DNA of 63,044 nt, counting the filler, from Octopus bimaculoides (Eukaryota), in NCBI RefSeq assembly GCF_001194135.2. It is 4 parts of 4 records of this genome, joined end to end, with 100 filler letters (N's around TTAATTAATTAA, not from the genome) between each part and the next. Parts side by side here need not be neighbours in the genome. Positions count along the whole stretch, not along the records: positions 1 to 30,207 come from NC_068984.1; positions 30,308 to 57,627 come from NC_068982.1; 2 more parts are not named here. One strand, 5' to 3'. The notes under the pieces were generated by a model, which was given only the letters and a program-made list of their open reading frames with translations, made no database searches and was not told the DNA's origin. A program made the position numbers and the translations under genes. Positions 27,980 to 39,700 of this stretch are shown in pieces; position 1 is the first letter of the stretch; each line of letters begins with the position of its first letter.

Positions 27980-28917
27980 CTATGATAAAAGACAAAAACA
28001 GAATATGTAATTGATCTTGTGAAGATGAATCAGAAATATACACAAAGCCTACAAAGAATATCATTAAACATCTAGGTACAGGCATTGTTGTATGGTTACA
28101 AAGCTTGTTTCCCAGCTACATGGTTTCTTCTGCTATAGCCCCATGCCAACCAATACCTTATGGGTGGAATTTACAAGCAGAAACTGAAAGAAACCTCTCT
28201 CTCTCTCTCTCTCTCTTTGTGTGTGCATGTGCATGTGTGTTTTGATATTGCGTGTTTGTTGTAACTGAATGTCATTCATTTCTAATATGTTGTATCTAAA
28301 CATCTCTAGCCAAGGGAAAATATTACTTTGCTTGGAAACAGGTAAGGGTTGGTGACAGAAAAGGCATCCAGCCATAGAAACATCTCTCTCAAACTTTATC
28401 CAAGCCATCCAAGCATGAAAAAGTGAAAGTTAAAACAATGATGATGTTGGTTATTTTTCTAATGGGAAAAAAAATTTGTAACAATGTTTTAAGGTAACAA
28501 ACTGATAGAATTGTTAGAAAATAGATTAACAGCTCTTTCATATTTGTTCAGGATCTCAATGATCTGAGTTCAAATCCTGCCAAAGTCAACTTTGTCATAC
28601 ATCTTTTCATTATCATCCTTATCATCATCATCATTATCATCAATAAATAAATTATCACCCCATAATGGTGAACTGATGGAATTGCTAATGGTTGGCAGGA
28701 TGTCTTGTAGAATCTCTTCTAATCTCTCTTCATTTCTTTTTGTTTTGAGTCAAAATTCTACTTTGGAATTCAAACTTTATCAACAACCAATCACAATTAA
28801 TCACCTGATCATTGAACCACAAGTGATAATGAAAATAGCTACTGCAGTCAGATGAGGGTGATGTTGATGATGATGATGACGAAAAAGAAAATGATGATGA
28901 TGATGATGAAAAAGAAA

Positions 28918-28962
<45 letters not shown>

Positions 28963-29261
28963 TTTGAGATCAATATTGGCAAAAGAAATTTTCAAAATTA
29001 TTGTTATTGTCATTTAGCTTCAAGGATCAGCACCTAATACAGCAGACCAACGTTCAAAGACATTCCAGCCATGATCATCCCATCTTTTTTTTTTAGACAT
29101 AATATGCCTCAGTCTACATTATCTAAAGTTCTTTTATAAGACAGTAAGATGTGGTGTGAGGGTGATTTGACTGCGCTTTCTAACAGCTCAAACAACTACA
29201 TAGCAGCTCACAGAAAGTAATGTTGTTAAGAGTCTCTGTTATAGTTACCATATTTGCCTAC

Positions 29262-29780
29262 TCTTTTACTTGTTTCAGTCATTTGACTGTGGCCATGCTG
29301 GAGCACCGCCTTTAGTCATGCAAATCGACCCCAGGTCTTATTCTTTGTAAGCCTAGTACTTATTCTATTGGTCTCTTTTGCCGAACCGCTAAGTTACGGA
29401 GACGTAAACACACCAGTATCGGTTGTCAAGCGATGCTGGGGGAGTACCCACTACACTCTCAGAGTAGTTGGCGTTAGGAAGGGCATCCAGCTATAGAAAC
29501 TCTGCCAAATCAGATTGGAGCCTGGTGTAGCCATCCGGTTTCACCAGTCCTCAGTCAAATCATCCAACCCATGCTAGCATGGAAAGCGAACGTTAAATGA
29601 TGATGATGATGATGATGACATATATACGACGGGCTTCTTTCTACCAAATCCACTCACAAGGCTTTGGTCAGCTCGAGGCTATAGTAGAAGACACTTGCTC
29701 AAGGTGCCACGCAGTGGGACCGAACCCGGAACCATGTCGTTTGTAAGCAAGCTAGTTATCACACAGCCATTCCTACGCCT
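29262..29780 (-). mobile_element. Family A SINE with an RTE 3'-tail copy (29441-29617) in place of its internal microsatellite
   Basis: The SINE body ends ...cgatgctggggg, followed by the RTE tail with (GAT)n, after which the SINE head resumes at acgacgggcttc. Confidence 0.75.
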
Positions 29781-29916
29781 AAGCCACACAACTCTATACC
29801 TGAATTTAACTGGAAAAATGGGGTGTGGCTTACACACAAAGCAAAGCTAAAGCTATGATGGGAAAAAAATTTTGCATTGAGATTCAACACTAAATTGAGT
29901 AAATATGATAATGATA

Positions 29917-30207
29917 TCTATATATATAAAAATGAGAATGTCTGTCTGTCTGTCTGTCTGTGTGAATCCCTAAAACTCGAGAACTACGCAACCAATTTCA
30001 TTCAAATTTTACACATGCCTTACTTAGGGTTCCAGTTGTGTTTTAGTAAAAAACAATTATTAACTTCTTGCAGAGTTCGAGCACACGGCAACATAATATC
30101 TCCTCCACTATTTAAGTATTACGTGTCAAAAGTGAAACAAAAACACTCATGTCAAATACTTTCACTTTAAAAATGAAACTATTCCACTAACTGAAACAAT
30201 CACATTT
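29917..30207 (+). mobile_element. 5' end of a non-autonomous Helitron, truncated by the scaffold spacer
   Basis: A|TCTATATATATAAAAATGAGAAT followed by (GTCT)n and actacgcaaccaatttcattcaaatttt, the typical layout of small invertebrate Helitrons. Confidence 0.7.
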
Positions 30208-30251
30208 NNNNNNNNNNNNNNNNNNNNNNNNNNNNNNNNNNNNNNNNNNNN

Positions 30252-30263
30252 TTAATTAATTAA
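30252..30263. other. Artificial six-frame-stop spacer TTAATTAATTAA in a 100-nt gap (44 N on each side)
   Basis: The identical 44+12+44 structure recurs at 57628-57727 and 60982-61081. Confidence 0.9.
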
Positions 30264-30307
30264 NNNNNNNNNNNNNNNNNNNNNNNNNNNNNNNNNNNNN
30301 NNNNNNN

Positions 30308-30592
30308 TTGTAGGGTTTTCGTGCGAGATCGTTGCCAGTGCCCCTGGACTGGCTCTTGTGCGGGTGGCACATAAAAGACACCATTTCGAGCGTGGCCGTT
30401 TTCGTGCGGGTGACACGTAAAAGCACCCACTACACTCTCTGAGTGGTTGGCGTTAGGAAGGGCATCCAGCTGTAGAAACTCTGCCAAATTAGATTGGAGC
30501 CTGGTGTAGCCATCCGGTTGCACTAGTCCTCAGTCAAATCGTCCAACCCATGCTAGCATGGAAAGCGGACGTTAAACGATGATGATGATGAA
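30308..30592 (+). mobile_element. RTE LINE 3' end, nearly identical to 10346-10577
   Basis: About 5 mismatches over about 220 nt by eye, with a (GAT)n tail. Confidence 0.85.
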
Positions 30593-30960
30593 ATTGTCTT
30601 TGGCCAGATGTCTTTCCTGTCACCTGATTCCAAGTATGATAATATTTACCCAGGGCCAGACGTGTTTTCACAGGAGATTGCAAATAAAGAACACTTCTTG
30701 TATGATTGTGACAACAATCACGCATTGTCAAGACAAGGAGACACAAACACACAACAGGTTTCTTTCAGTTTCCATCTACCAAATCCATGCACAAAGCTGT
30801 AATTGGCCCGGGGATATGGTAGGAGGCATTTGTTCAAAGTGCCATACAGTGGGATTGATCCTGGTTCCACATTATTGGGAAGCAAGCTTCTCAATCACAG
30901 TCATGTCTGTGCCTATATATATATATAATATATATATCATCATCGTTTAACGTCCGCATA

Positions 30961-30991
<31 letters not shown>

Positions 30992-31064
30992 CATTTAACG
31001 TCCGTTTTCCATCCTGACGCATACACACACACACATATACATACACACATACAGTATATAAAAT

Positions 31065-31430
31065 TACAGGCATGGATGTATAATTAAGAAGCTAGCACAC
31101 TTTGCAGCCATGTGGTTTCGGATTCAGTTCCACTGCACTGCACACTGGGCAAGTGCTTTCTACAGAAATGGGCTGACCAATGTTTCTATATCAGTAGGTG
31201 GAGTCTGTGTGGAAGCCCGTCATGTATGTGTGTGTGTGTCATCATGTTCGTATCCCGCACCTCTCGACAACTGGTGTTGGTTTGTTTACGTCCCTGTAAT
31301 ATACCGGTTCTGGAAAGAGCGACCGGTAGAATAGGTACGAGGTTTTCAAAAAAATGGGGTTGATTTGGTCAACTAAAACCCTTCAAGGAGGTGCCTCAGT
31401 ACGGCCACTAGTCCAATAACTGAAACAAGT
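31065..31430 (+). mobile_element. Diverged family A SINE
   Basis: Head, CORE-like motif and 3' body are recognisable. Confidence 0.6.
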
Positions 31431-31870
31431 AACAGATATATATTTTGTAGAGGTGGGATACGACAGACGATGGTCGGTCCTACGTTCAAATCTTCCTGCA
31501 GCTATTGCGGTAGGGTACTGAACAAGGCCGGTAACTCTGATGGCTCCAGCTTGATGGAGTTGTTTCTAGTTCAAACACAACCACCAGATGTAAACAACAG
31601 CCCCACCGACATCACTCTCATCCATGCAATATATGGCAAATGTAAATAAAACAATAACGACGATTAGCGAGCTTTCAAATAGTCCTTCTCCAGCTACATA
31701 ACTGGAGAAAGTTAGAAACCAAAATAAAAAAAAAATAATGGCAGATGACAGCAAGTCTTCCACATGGTTCCAGGTTCCGTCCCACTGCGTGGCACGTTGG
31801 GCAAATGTCTTCTGCTACAGACCCAGACCGAATAAAACCTTGTGAGTGAATTTGGTAAACGGAAAGTAAA

Positions 31871-31978
31871 TCCTTCGGTATTGGTCTACAAAGTTTGAGG
31901 AGATGACGCTATTCACCCTCTTTATGTCATGAGGGAAGGTTGCGTAGGTGAATGACGTCATGTACCAATACCGAAGGA
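31871..31978. mobile_element. 108-bp MITE-like fold-back inside a family A SINE
   Basis: Perfect 15-bp TIR TCCTTCGGTATTGGT / ACCAATACCGAAGGA, plus inner arms atgacgctattcacc / ggtgaatgacgtcat. Confidence 0.7.
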
Positions 31979-33058
31979 AAATGAAAAGCAGCCTATCATG
32001 TATATTATATAGAGCGACCCATATATATATATATGTGATGTGTGTGTGTATTTATGTGTCTTTGTGTTTATCTCTCATTACCGCTTAACAACCGGTGTTG
32101 GTTTGTTGACTGAGCGTTTCGGTACAAGAGACTAAGAGAATACGCACCAGATTTTAAAATAAATACTAGTGTCGATTCGTACTACTACAACCCTTCGAGG
32201 TGGTGCCCTAGCATGCCTGCAGTTCAATGATTGAAACAAAAACAACCATTTATTGAAATATAAATGCCAGAGTCTGGTGACACGAAGATCGAGGAATGCA
32301 CGTTCTACGTTGCCATTTTGCCAAGACAAATACATTCATCATTATAGAACAATGTCGGCGTTTGGAACGAAATGAAATCCACAATCCAGTCATACATTCA
32401 GAGACACTTCGTCAAACGTGACACCAAGACGAAATAAAATAAAATTAAATTGAAAATAATCGAAAACTTCTATGGTGCACAGTCGTGAAATTTATCCATT
32501 ATGATGTAATAATGGTATAAAATATTAGCCAGAGAAAGCAAAATGTACCAAGAAAATGACTGCTGTCAGATTCGAACTCATAACTTGGCGAAATTAAGCG
32601 AACACACAACAAACGCAGCCTTGTAAGAACAGGCGTTAGAGGAGCACCTACATGGTTGCTCGACACGCTAGATATAGCAGCCATATCCCCCTCAAATCAC
32701 ATCGTAGCTTCTTCAATAAAACAATAAGGACGTGATTTGAGGGAGTACCTAGGATTTACTATTTATTCCTAAAAAAACAAAAAGGCGAGGTTGCCACACA
32801 GACCTGCTTGATCAGGGTTCGTGAGGTGGGACTAAACAAAATTCTTTCACGTCTCGGTCTGATCTTAACCAAACAGTTGAGAAGCGAAAAAAGTAAAATT
32901 TTGTTTGTATCTCATGACCTTAAATTCTATCATAATTCCATTCATATAAAAAAAAATGCCTTATAGGGATCTGTTAATCTTTAGTATGCACACCTGTCCA
33001 TATTCAGTTTAGCTCCTTAGCATCGTTTTAATCCTCCATCTACTACCATCGCCGTGTG

Positions 33059-33101
<43 letters not shown>

Positions 33102-33895
33102 CACCTGGACACATTAATACTGCTCGTACAGTATCTGTATATCTAACCACACGAAGGTAAATTTTGCAAACGTAACTCTGAAATTAATTTTTTAATGAAA
33201 GAAAGAAAAATTTAGTATGCCACTATATTATAACATCGAAGCTATCACATAATTAAGCAGCACTCCTCAAAGGAGTAATCTTTACTTTTAGCGTCCTTAT
33301 TTACATTTCGTTTCAATTTCTCAGCTGGTAACTTAGAGGCTAAGAAACCACCCAGACTGCGAAAAAAAGCAGCAGCCACGTGTCCTCAAATCACACCCTT
33401 TAAAAGAAAAGGCAAAAGTAGATACCCCTAACAAAAGGGATGGCCTCGGTTGGAATAGTATTAACTGTCAAAGCCAACAAATGAAGCCTATATGTGGTCG
33501 CTCGGCCTGCTAGAAATAACAGTTAAATTTCTGTCGAGAACACAGTTGATCACCTTTAATGAAAAAAAAAAAACGATAATGCGGTCTGAAAACAACTTTG
33601 AGATCAGTCAACAAAAGGGTGTCTACAGTCGCTTGATCTAATAGAAATAACAGTCAAACCTCACTCAACCAATACTGTTTTTTTTAAGGACACGCTGGAT
33701 AATGTGGTCTATTATACAGTACCAGAAAAAAGACAGGTTGGTTATGGATGGAATGCCTTAGATATAGGCCAAATGCAGATTAAATAACAAACTATCGAGA
33801 AAGAAGTGGGAAGTGAGTTAACGAGTTTCAAAGTGGTATTCGATCTGCTAGAAATGGCAGTCAAATCTCCTCAGAATCACATCCCAATTGTCTTA

Positions 33896-34073
33896 GGTAC
33901 TACTAAAGCAGCGCGGACCGAACGCGCAGTCGCGCGTCAGCGCTAGCTAGTCTTGAGTGGTCGATCCTAACCCTAACCCGCGTGTGCAAATGAATACGTG
34001 TTTAGGGTTAGGGTTAGGATTGACCACTCACGACTAGCTAGCGTGTTCGGGTCCGCGCTGCTTTAGTAGTACC
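33896..34073. mobile_element. 178-bp MITE with perfect 24-bp TIRs, a 9-bp TSD and internal telomere-type repeats (Merlin- or MULE-like)
   Basis: TIR GGTACTACTAAAGCAGCGCGGACC; TSD ATTGTCTTA at 33887-33895 and 34074-34082; internal CCTAACCCTAACCC ... TTTAGGGTTAGGGTTAGG. Confidence 0.85.
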
Positions 34074-34362
34074 ATTGTCTTAAAACAAAAACAAAAAAAA
34101 CGCACATTGGCTAATATATAGTCATAGATATGCTGTCTGAACAGATGCTAGGAAGTTCACATTTGGATTGTCTCTGATCATAGCTGACCTGGGGTTAAAA
34201 GGAAAATTTGAGAAAATACTATGACAGCGATATCGTAGGGCCCCACCCCACCCACGTAAAAGTTCTAAGGCCACACTGGAAACTTTTATATAATTAATAA
34301 TATTTTGAGGAATTATCAACCAATCAATCGTCATTATAGATAATACAAAAACATTAATATAT

Positions 34363-34397
<35 letters not shown>

Positions 34398-35675
34398 GGT
34401 ATATATATATATAAATATATATATAATTTACACACACACACCTGATCAAATATGGGCTGGAACGTGTGGACTCAAAAATAAAACGGTGTGCATTATTTGT
34501 GAGAGTGTATATAAAAATATGTATGTGTGTGTATATGTGAAGTTGTTATGGAGAAGAGACCCAGTTGGGTGAGAAGGAAAACCAAAATTTGCGCCAAGTT
34601 CTAATGATGGCGTTACAGCGCTAAGTTTAAACTGAGAATCAATAATTTCACGTAAACCCACGGTAATATCACATATATACTGACATCTTTCGGAAGGAGT
34701 TCTGTTAATTAAGTGTAAGATCTTTGCAATATTTTAAATGCTTCTTTGTAAAGTTTGAAGACCAAGTGTTTCGGGGGAAAATAATGGAAAAAAGAAATTT
34801 GTTTATAAAGGGCGCCGGCGGTGATAGGAGTAGCTGTGGGTTAATTGAAGTATTGAAATGCTAAGTAATAAATGGTTCTAGGTAAAAGAAAGGTAAAATA
34901 AACCATCTGACTTAGTAAATGTGAAATGGAGAGAAGAGAAATGTGATATTTGCAGAAAAATAAGCAAAGTGGGAGAGCAGAGAAAGAGATTAGAAGATGA
35001 GATTTGGTTCTTCAGAGGTTTTGCAGCTAAAATTACATTTGACAAAGACAATGAAAGGGTTAAAACAAAACATTTAGCACACTCAAGATAATATTGACTG
35101 TTATCTAGAGAGACATGAAATTGATGATAGTTTAGTAAAAGGATTGCAAAAATAATATAAAACACCAAGTGGACGGAAAAGGATTACTTACGAGAAAAAC
35201 TATAGACGTTCAAATATTATGATACTAAAACGGACTAACTAACGAGTGCACTAAATATTACTCCGCTTCGTAACATAGTGCGACAACTAAACTGCAATAA
35301 AAAGGATTCATTTCATCTTATTAGAAATAAATTTCGATTTATATAATTATTTTATTTTCTGATTTTACTGTAAATAACTTATTATTTGATATTATACTGA
35401 TTTGAAAGAATATTTGAAATATTACATATTTAGTAGTGCTTTGGTTCCGGCAGAAGGAGCGTAATTTAAAAATGAATGCGTTAATTTGATTGGTTAATAA
35501 TGTATATGCAATTGATTGTTGAGAGGAGATTTAATTAATGCGACGACGGGTTGGGGAAGAAACATGGAAAGTAAAGTGAGATTTTATTTCATGTTTACAA
35601 GTTTAGGCAGTAGGAAGGGCTAGAGCATATGTAGCACACACGCACATTCGTGACTGTATGTATAATATGTATATA

Positions 35676-35717
<42 letters not shown>

Positions 35718-36669
35718 ATATATANNNNNNNNNNGTATTGATGTAGTTTTGCATGCTGATGAGGAAAATTATACTCATTTTCTCCAGAAATTAATAATAA
35801 AAAAAGTTACAAGTTTGTTTTTGTTTTTTAACATTCTGAAGGTAGGAAGGATTTTAAAAATATCCGATGAACGCATTTAATAAATTCTATGTATTCAAGA
35901 TTTCGATAAATTACAACACACACATACGCACGCGCGCACATCATCATCGTCATAATCGTGACCTGCTCAAACGCCTGGTAGAACAGGCTGTTTCCAATGC
36001 GTTCCCCCCCCCCGTGCTTTTCTTTTCATTTGACCCCTATGTCATACCTCTCATTTTCAGTACCCCATCTCTTAATCTTCTCCCGATAATAATCCGGCAT
36101 ACCCTGCTTTCCTTTTCCCACTCAAAGTTCCACACTAACTCTTGTCTTGCCTTGCCAAACATCCGTCCCTGTCTGGCTAACTGCCTGTCTCCACTCACTT
36201 TCGTCTCGCGATATTTTGGCTGTTTGGGTGTCTTCTACGCGTTAATTCGGGAGGGAAGTGGTTTTCCTTGCTCTCAATTTCTAGCCTTTTATTAGTAATA
36301 ATATCCAGGATATTTCTAAAGCACCTGTTTGTAGATGTTTATTGGCTATCAGAGTATATTTACGCCCTTCACTAGACGGATTTGATGTTTCTGTTAGAGA
36401 TTCTCAACTGATCATATATATATATTATACATACATATTACAGGCTGTAATAAAAAATAAAAAAAACTTCCACATTTTGCAGGTTGATAAACGTTTCAAC
36501 AGAAATAAACACAGTATGCACCAATCGAAGCCATTACGATAAGGGAGCAAAACGGTAAATCATTATCTACATCAAAGCACCGTTACCATCTGCTTACTTG
36601 GGCCATACCAGTGACCATGTAAAATATGGGAGATTATTCTGCTCCACCCTGTATATCCAGCTAAATATT

Positions 36670-36894
36670 TTATTTTATCTTTTACTTGTTTCAGTCATTA
36701 GACTGAAGCAAGGCTGGGGTACCGCATTAATGGAATTATAGTCGATCGAATCAACCCTACAATTTTTTTTTTAAACCACGTATTTATTCTATTGTCTCTT
36801 TAGCCGAACCGCTAGGTTACGGGGACGTAAACACAGAAACATCGGTTGTCAAACGGCGGCGGGGAGGGCAAACAGAGACAAAGATAAACGTGTG

Positions 36895-36933
<39 letters not shown>

Positions 36934-37410
36934 GAATATATGCGTATATACGTACATGTATGTACATACCTACATTTACATGTATATATATAGATGCATA
37001 TCTGGGTACAGGACGTTGCAAAAAAACGTGGACAAAATGATAAACAGAGTACAGAAAACACACAAGCCACATAGAGATGATGGGCTTCTTTTAGTTTCCG
37101 TCAAACAAATCCCCTCATAAAGCTTTGAGGCTATAGTAGAAGACACAGTAGGACTGAACCTGGAACCATGAGGTTGGGAAGCAAACTTCTTACCATACAG
37201 CCACTCCAGTGCCAATACAACTTTTTCCTCTTTTGTCTCAGTCATTGGCTGTGGCCATGCTGGGGCAACTCCTTGAGCCCCAGTATTTTTTTAAAGTTTC
37301 ATACATATTCTATTGTCTTTTGCTGAGTCGCTAAGTTATGGTGATGTAAACAAACCAACACCGGTTGTCAACAGTTGGATGAGGCAAATACACACACACA
37401 TCCATACATT
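36670..37410 (-). mobile_element. Two diverged family A SINE copies
   Basis: Body and head motifs at 36670-37210, and a second body at 37215-37410. Confidence 0.6.
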
Positions 37411-37628
37411 CAAACATTATTTGTGAACAACTTGCAGATACAAGTGCTACCCTTTGAAAGCTCTGCTTACTGGGCACTGGACAGTTTATGGGGTCATTAG
37501 GAGAGAATGTGTGTTGTTTCAGGGCCTTCCTCTCGACAGCTTTATTGCACGTCACCACCCCTCACTGAGATGAGGCCCTACTTGCAGGATCAACTGGTTA
37601 CTAGACTTCACTCAATATTCTTTTAACC

Positions 37629-37830
37629 AAGGCAGCGAGCTGGCAGAGATGTTATCACGTCAGGCGAAATACTTAGCAGCATTTCGTCTGAGTTCAAATT
37701 CCGCTGAGGTCGACTTCGCCTTTCATCCTTTTGGGGGTTGATAAATTGAGTACCAGTTGCATACTGGGTCAATCTAATCAACTGGCCCTTCCCAAAAATT
37801 TCGGGCCTTGTGCCTTGAGTAGAAAAGAAT
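37629..37830 (+). mobile_element. Family B tRNA-derived SINE
   Basis: aaggcagcgagctggcag head; gagttcaaattcc (B-box-like); central gaggtcgacttcgcctttcatcct...gataaattgagtaccag. Other copies at about 39720-39940, 46900-47095, 55470-55565, 56160-56535 and 61370-61560. Confidence 0.8.
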
Positions 37831-38156
37831 ATTTTTTTAACCATTGCTCATTGCCTCTTTTTAACCGAATCTAGTGGCTTGCCTTCTCCATTGCAGACTG
37901 GATTTAACTCATGATGACAATTGTTTTACATACATATGTTTACATGTGCTGGTGCTACATGAAAAGCCTCTGTGCTGGTGCTAAGTATAGAGCACCCAGT
38001 ACACTCTGTGAAGTGTTTGGCATTAGGAAGGGCATCCATTTGCAGAAACCATGGCAAAACAGATAAATGGAGCCTGTGCAGCTCTCCAGTCACCCAGCTC
38101 CTGTTAAACCATCCAACCCATGCTAGCATGGGAAAACAGATGTTGAATGCTGCTAC

Positions 38157-38196
<40 letters not shown>

Positions 38197-38213
38197 ATAG
38201 AACCAGTGCTTAT

Positions 38214-38405
38214 AAAGTGATAGTATGTTGTCAACTTAATGAGGCAGTCCCATGAAAGGGAAGAATGCTACTGTTACCTAGGGCTAAATAACAGTAGCAT
38301 TCTTCCCTTTCATGGGACTGCCACATTAAGTTGACAACATACTATCACTTTATCGTGCTGCAACTGCATAAATCTCACTGAGAGATTTAAAAATGTATTG
38401 TTTCT
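38214..38405. mobile_element. Insertion with a 65-bp-arm hairpin, flanked by a 13-bp direct repeat
   Basis: Arms at 38212-38276 and 38289-38353 (1 mismatch); AACCAGTGCTTAT at 38201-38213 and 38406-38418. Confidence 0.65.
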
Positions 38406-38639
38406 AACCAGTGCTTATGTTTATTATTGGTATAACGGCCCTGCCAATATACAATAAGATTTATTTCAACACACAAATTCACTTCAAGAAACTTGAAAAC
38501 CAAATACAAAAATTAGGTTGCTTTTTTTGTTGTTCTTGCTCATTCAGTATTATTTGTTACCTTTTCTATCCGGGATGGACGTGATGCTGAAGAAGTAGTG
38601 AAGACTCTGGAAATAGGAACATCACCCGTTACCCATCAG

Positions 38640-39030
38640 GCACAGGCATGGCTGTGTGGTAAGAAGCTTGCTTCTCAACCTTATGGTTCCAGGTTCAGTC
38701 CCACTGCATGGCACCTTGGGTAAATGTCTTCTATTATAGCCTCAGTCCGACCAAAGCTTAGTCAGTGGATTTGGTTGATGGAAACTGATCAAAGCCTGTT
38801 GTGGATGTGTGTGACTGTGTTTGTGCCTTCTACCACCATGATAACTGGTGTTGGTATATTTACATCCCAGTAACTTAGTGGTTTGGCAAAAAGAAAAACA
38901 AAAGGATAAAATAAGTATAAAGCTTTTAAAAAAAGTACTAGGGTTCATTCATTTGACTAAAAATTCTTCAAGGTGGTGCCCCAGTGTGGCCACGGTCTAA
39001 TGACTGAAAAACGCAAAAATTAAAGATAAA
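38640..39030 (+). mobile_element. Family A SINE
   Basis: Full head-to-tail motif order is present. Confidence 0.75.
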
Positions 39031-39264
39031 TGTTGGCCAAGTATATGATCTAAAAGAACAATTAGTAAATAGAGTTCTACAATAAATCAACAGAGTTTCC
39101 CTTTAAGATTTAACACAGCCATACCAGGACAAATATCTAACCTATTCTATGTTCAAATGGATTGGATCCAGCCTCTCACACCTATCCTACAATGTCATTC
39201 TAAAAATAATTACATCACTGAAATCTTAAAGCTATGAGATAATAGGCATGATTAAATCAAAATG

Positions 39265-39700
39265 ATCATTATCATCATCGTTTAACGTCTGCTTTCCATG
39301 CTGGCATGGGTTGAGTGGTTTCACTGAGGACTGGCAAACCAGGAGGCAAGGTTTCTACAGGTGGATGCCCTTCCTAATGCCAACCACTCCAAGAGTGTAG
39401 TGGGTTCTTTATATATGCCACCGGCATGGAAGCCAGTCAGGTGGCACTGGCATTGACCATGCTCAAATGGTGCTTTTTATGTGCCACCAGCACAGGAACC
39501 AGTCAGGCGGCACTGGCATCGACAATGCTCAAATGGTGCTTTTTATGTACCACTAGCACAGCAGCTAGTCAGGTGGCACTGGCATCAACCATGCTTGAAT
39601 GATGCTTTTCACATGCAACTGGCACAGGAGCCCGTCAGGCGGCACTGACATTGACCTCGCTCGAATGGTGCTTTTACGTGCCACCAGCATGGCAGCCACT
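39265..39700 (-). mobile_element. RTE-type 3' tail containing about 4.3 tandem 65-66-bp units
   Basis: Units start at about 39416, 39481, 39547, 39613 and 39678 (gtgccacc.gca....agccagtcagg.ggcactggcat.gacc..gctc.aatggtgcttttta). Confidence 0.8.

Noticed and set aside
28640-28790. Minus-strand frame RNEERLEEILQDILPT as a third spectrin exon
   Set aside because: There is an in-frame stop just upstream, no polypyrimidine acceptor and no compatible phase-2 donor.
35756-35790. CTGATGA-stem-GAAA hammerhead ribozyme-like motif
   Set aside because: Stem II closure is irregular and I could not form stems I and III with a valid UH cleavage site.
39416-39700. CRISPR-like regularly spaced repeats
   Set aside because: The units are contiguous diverged tandem repeats without unique spacers, in eukaryotic retroelement context with no cas genes.
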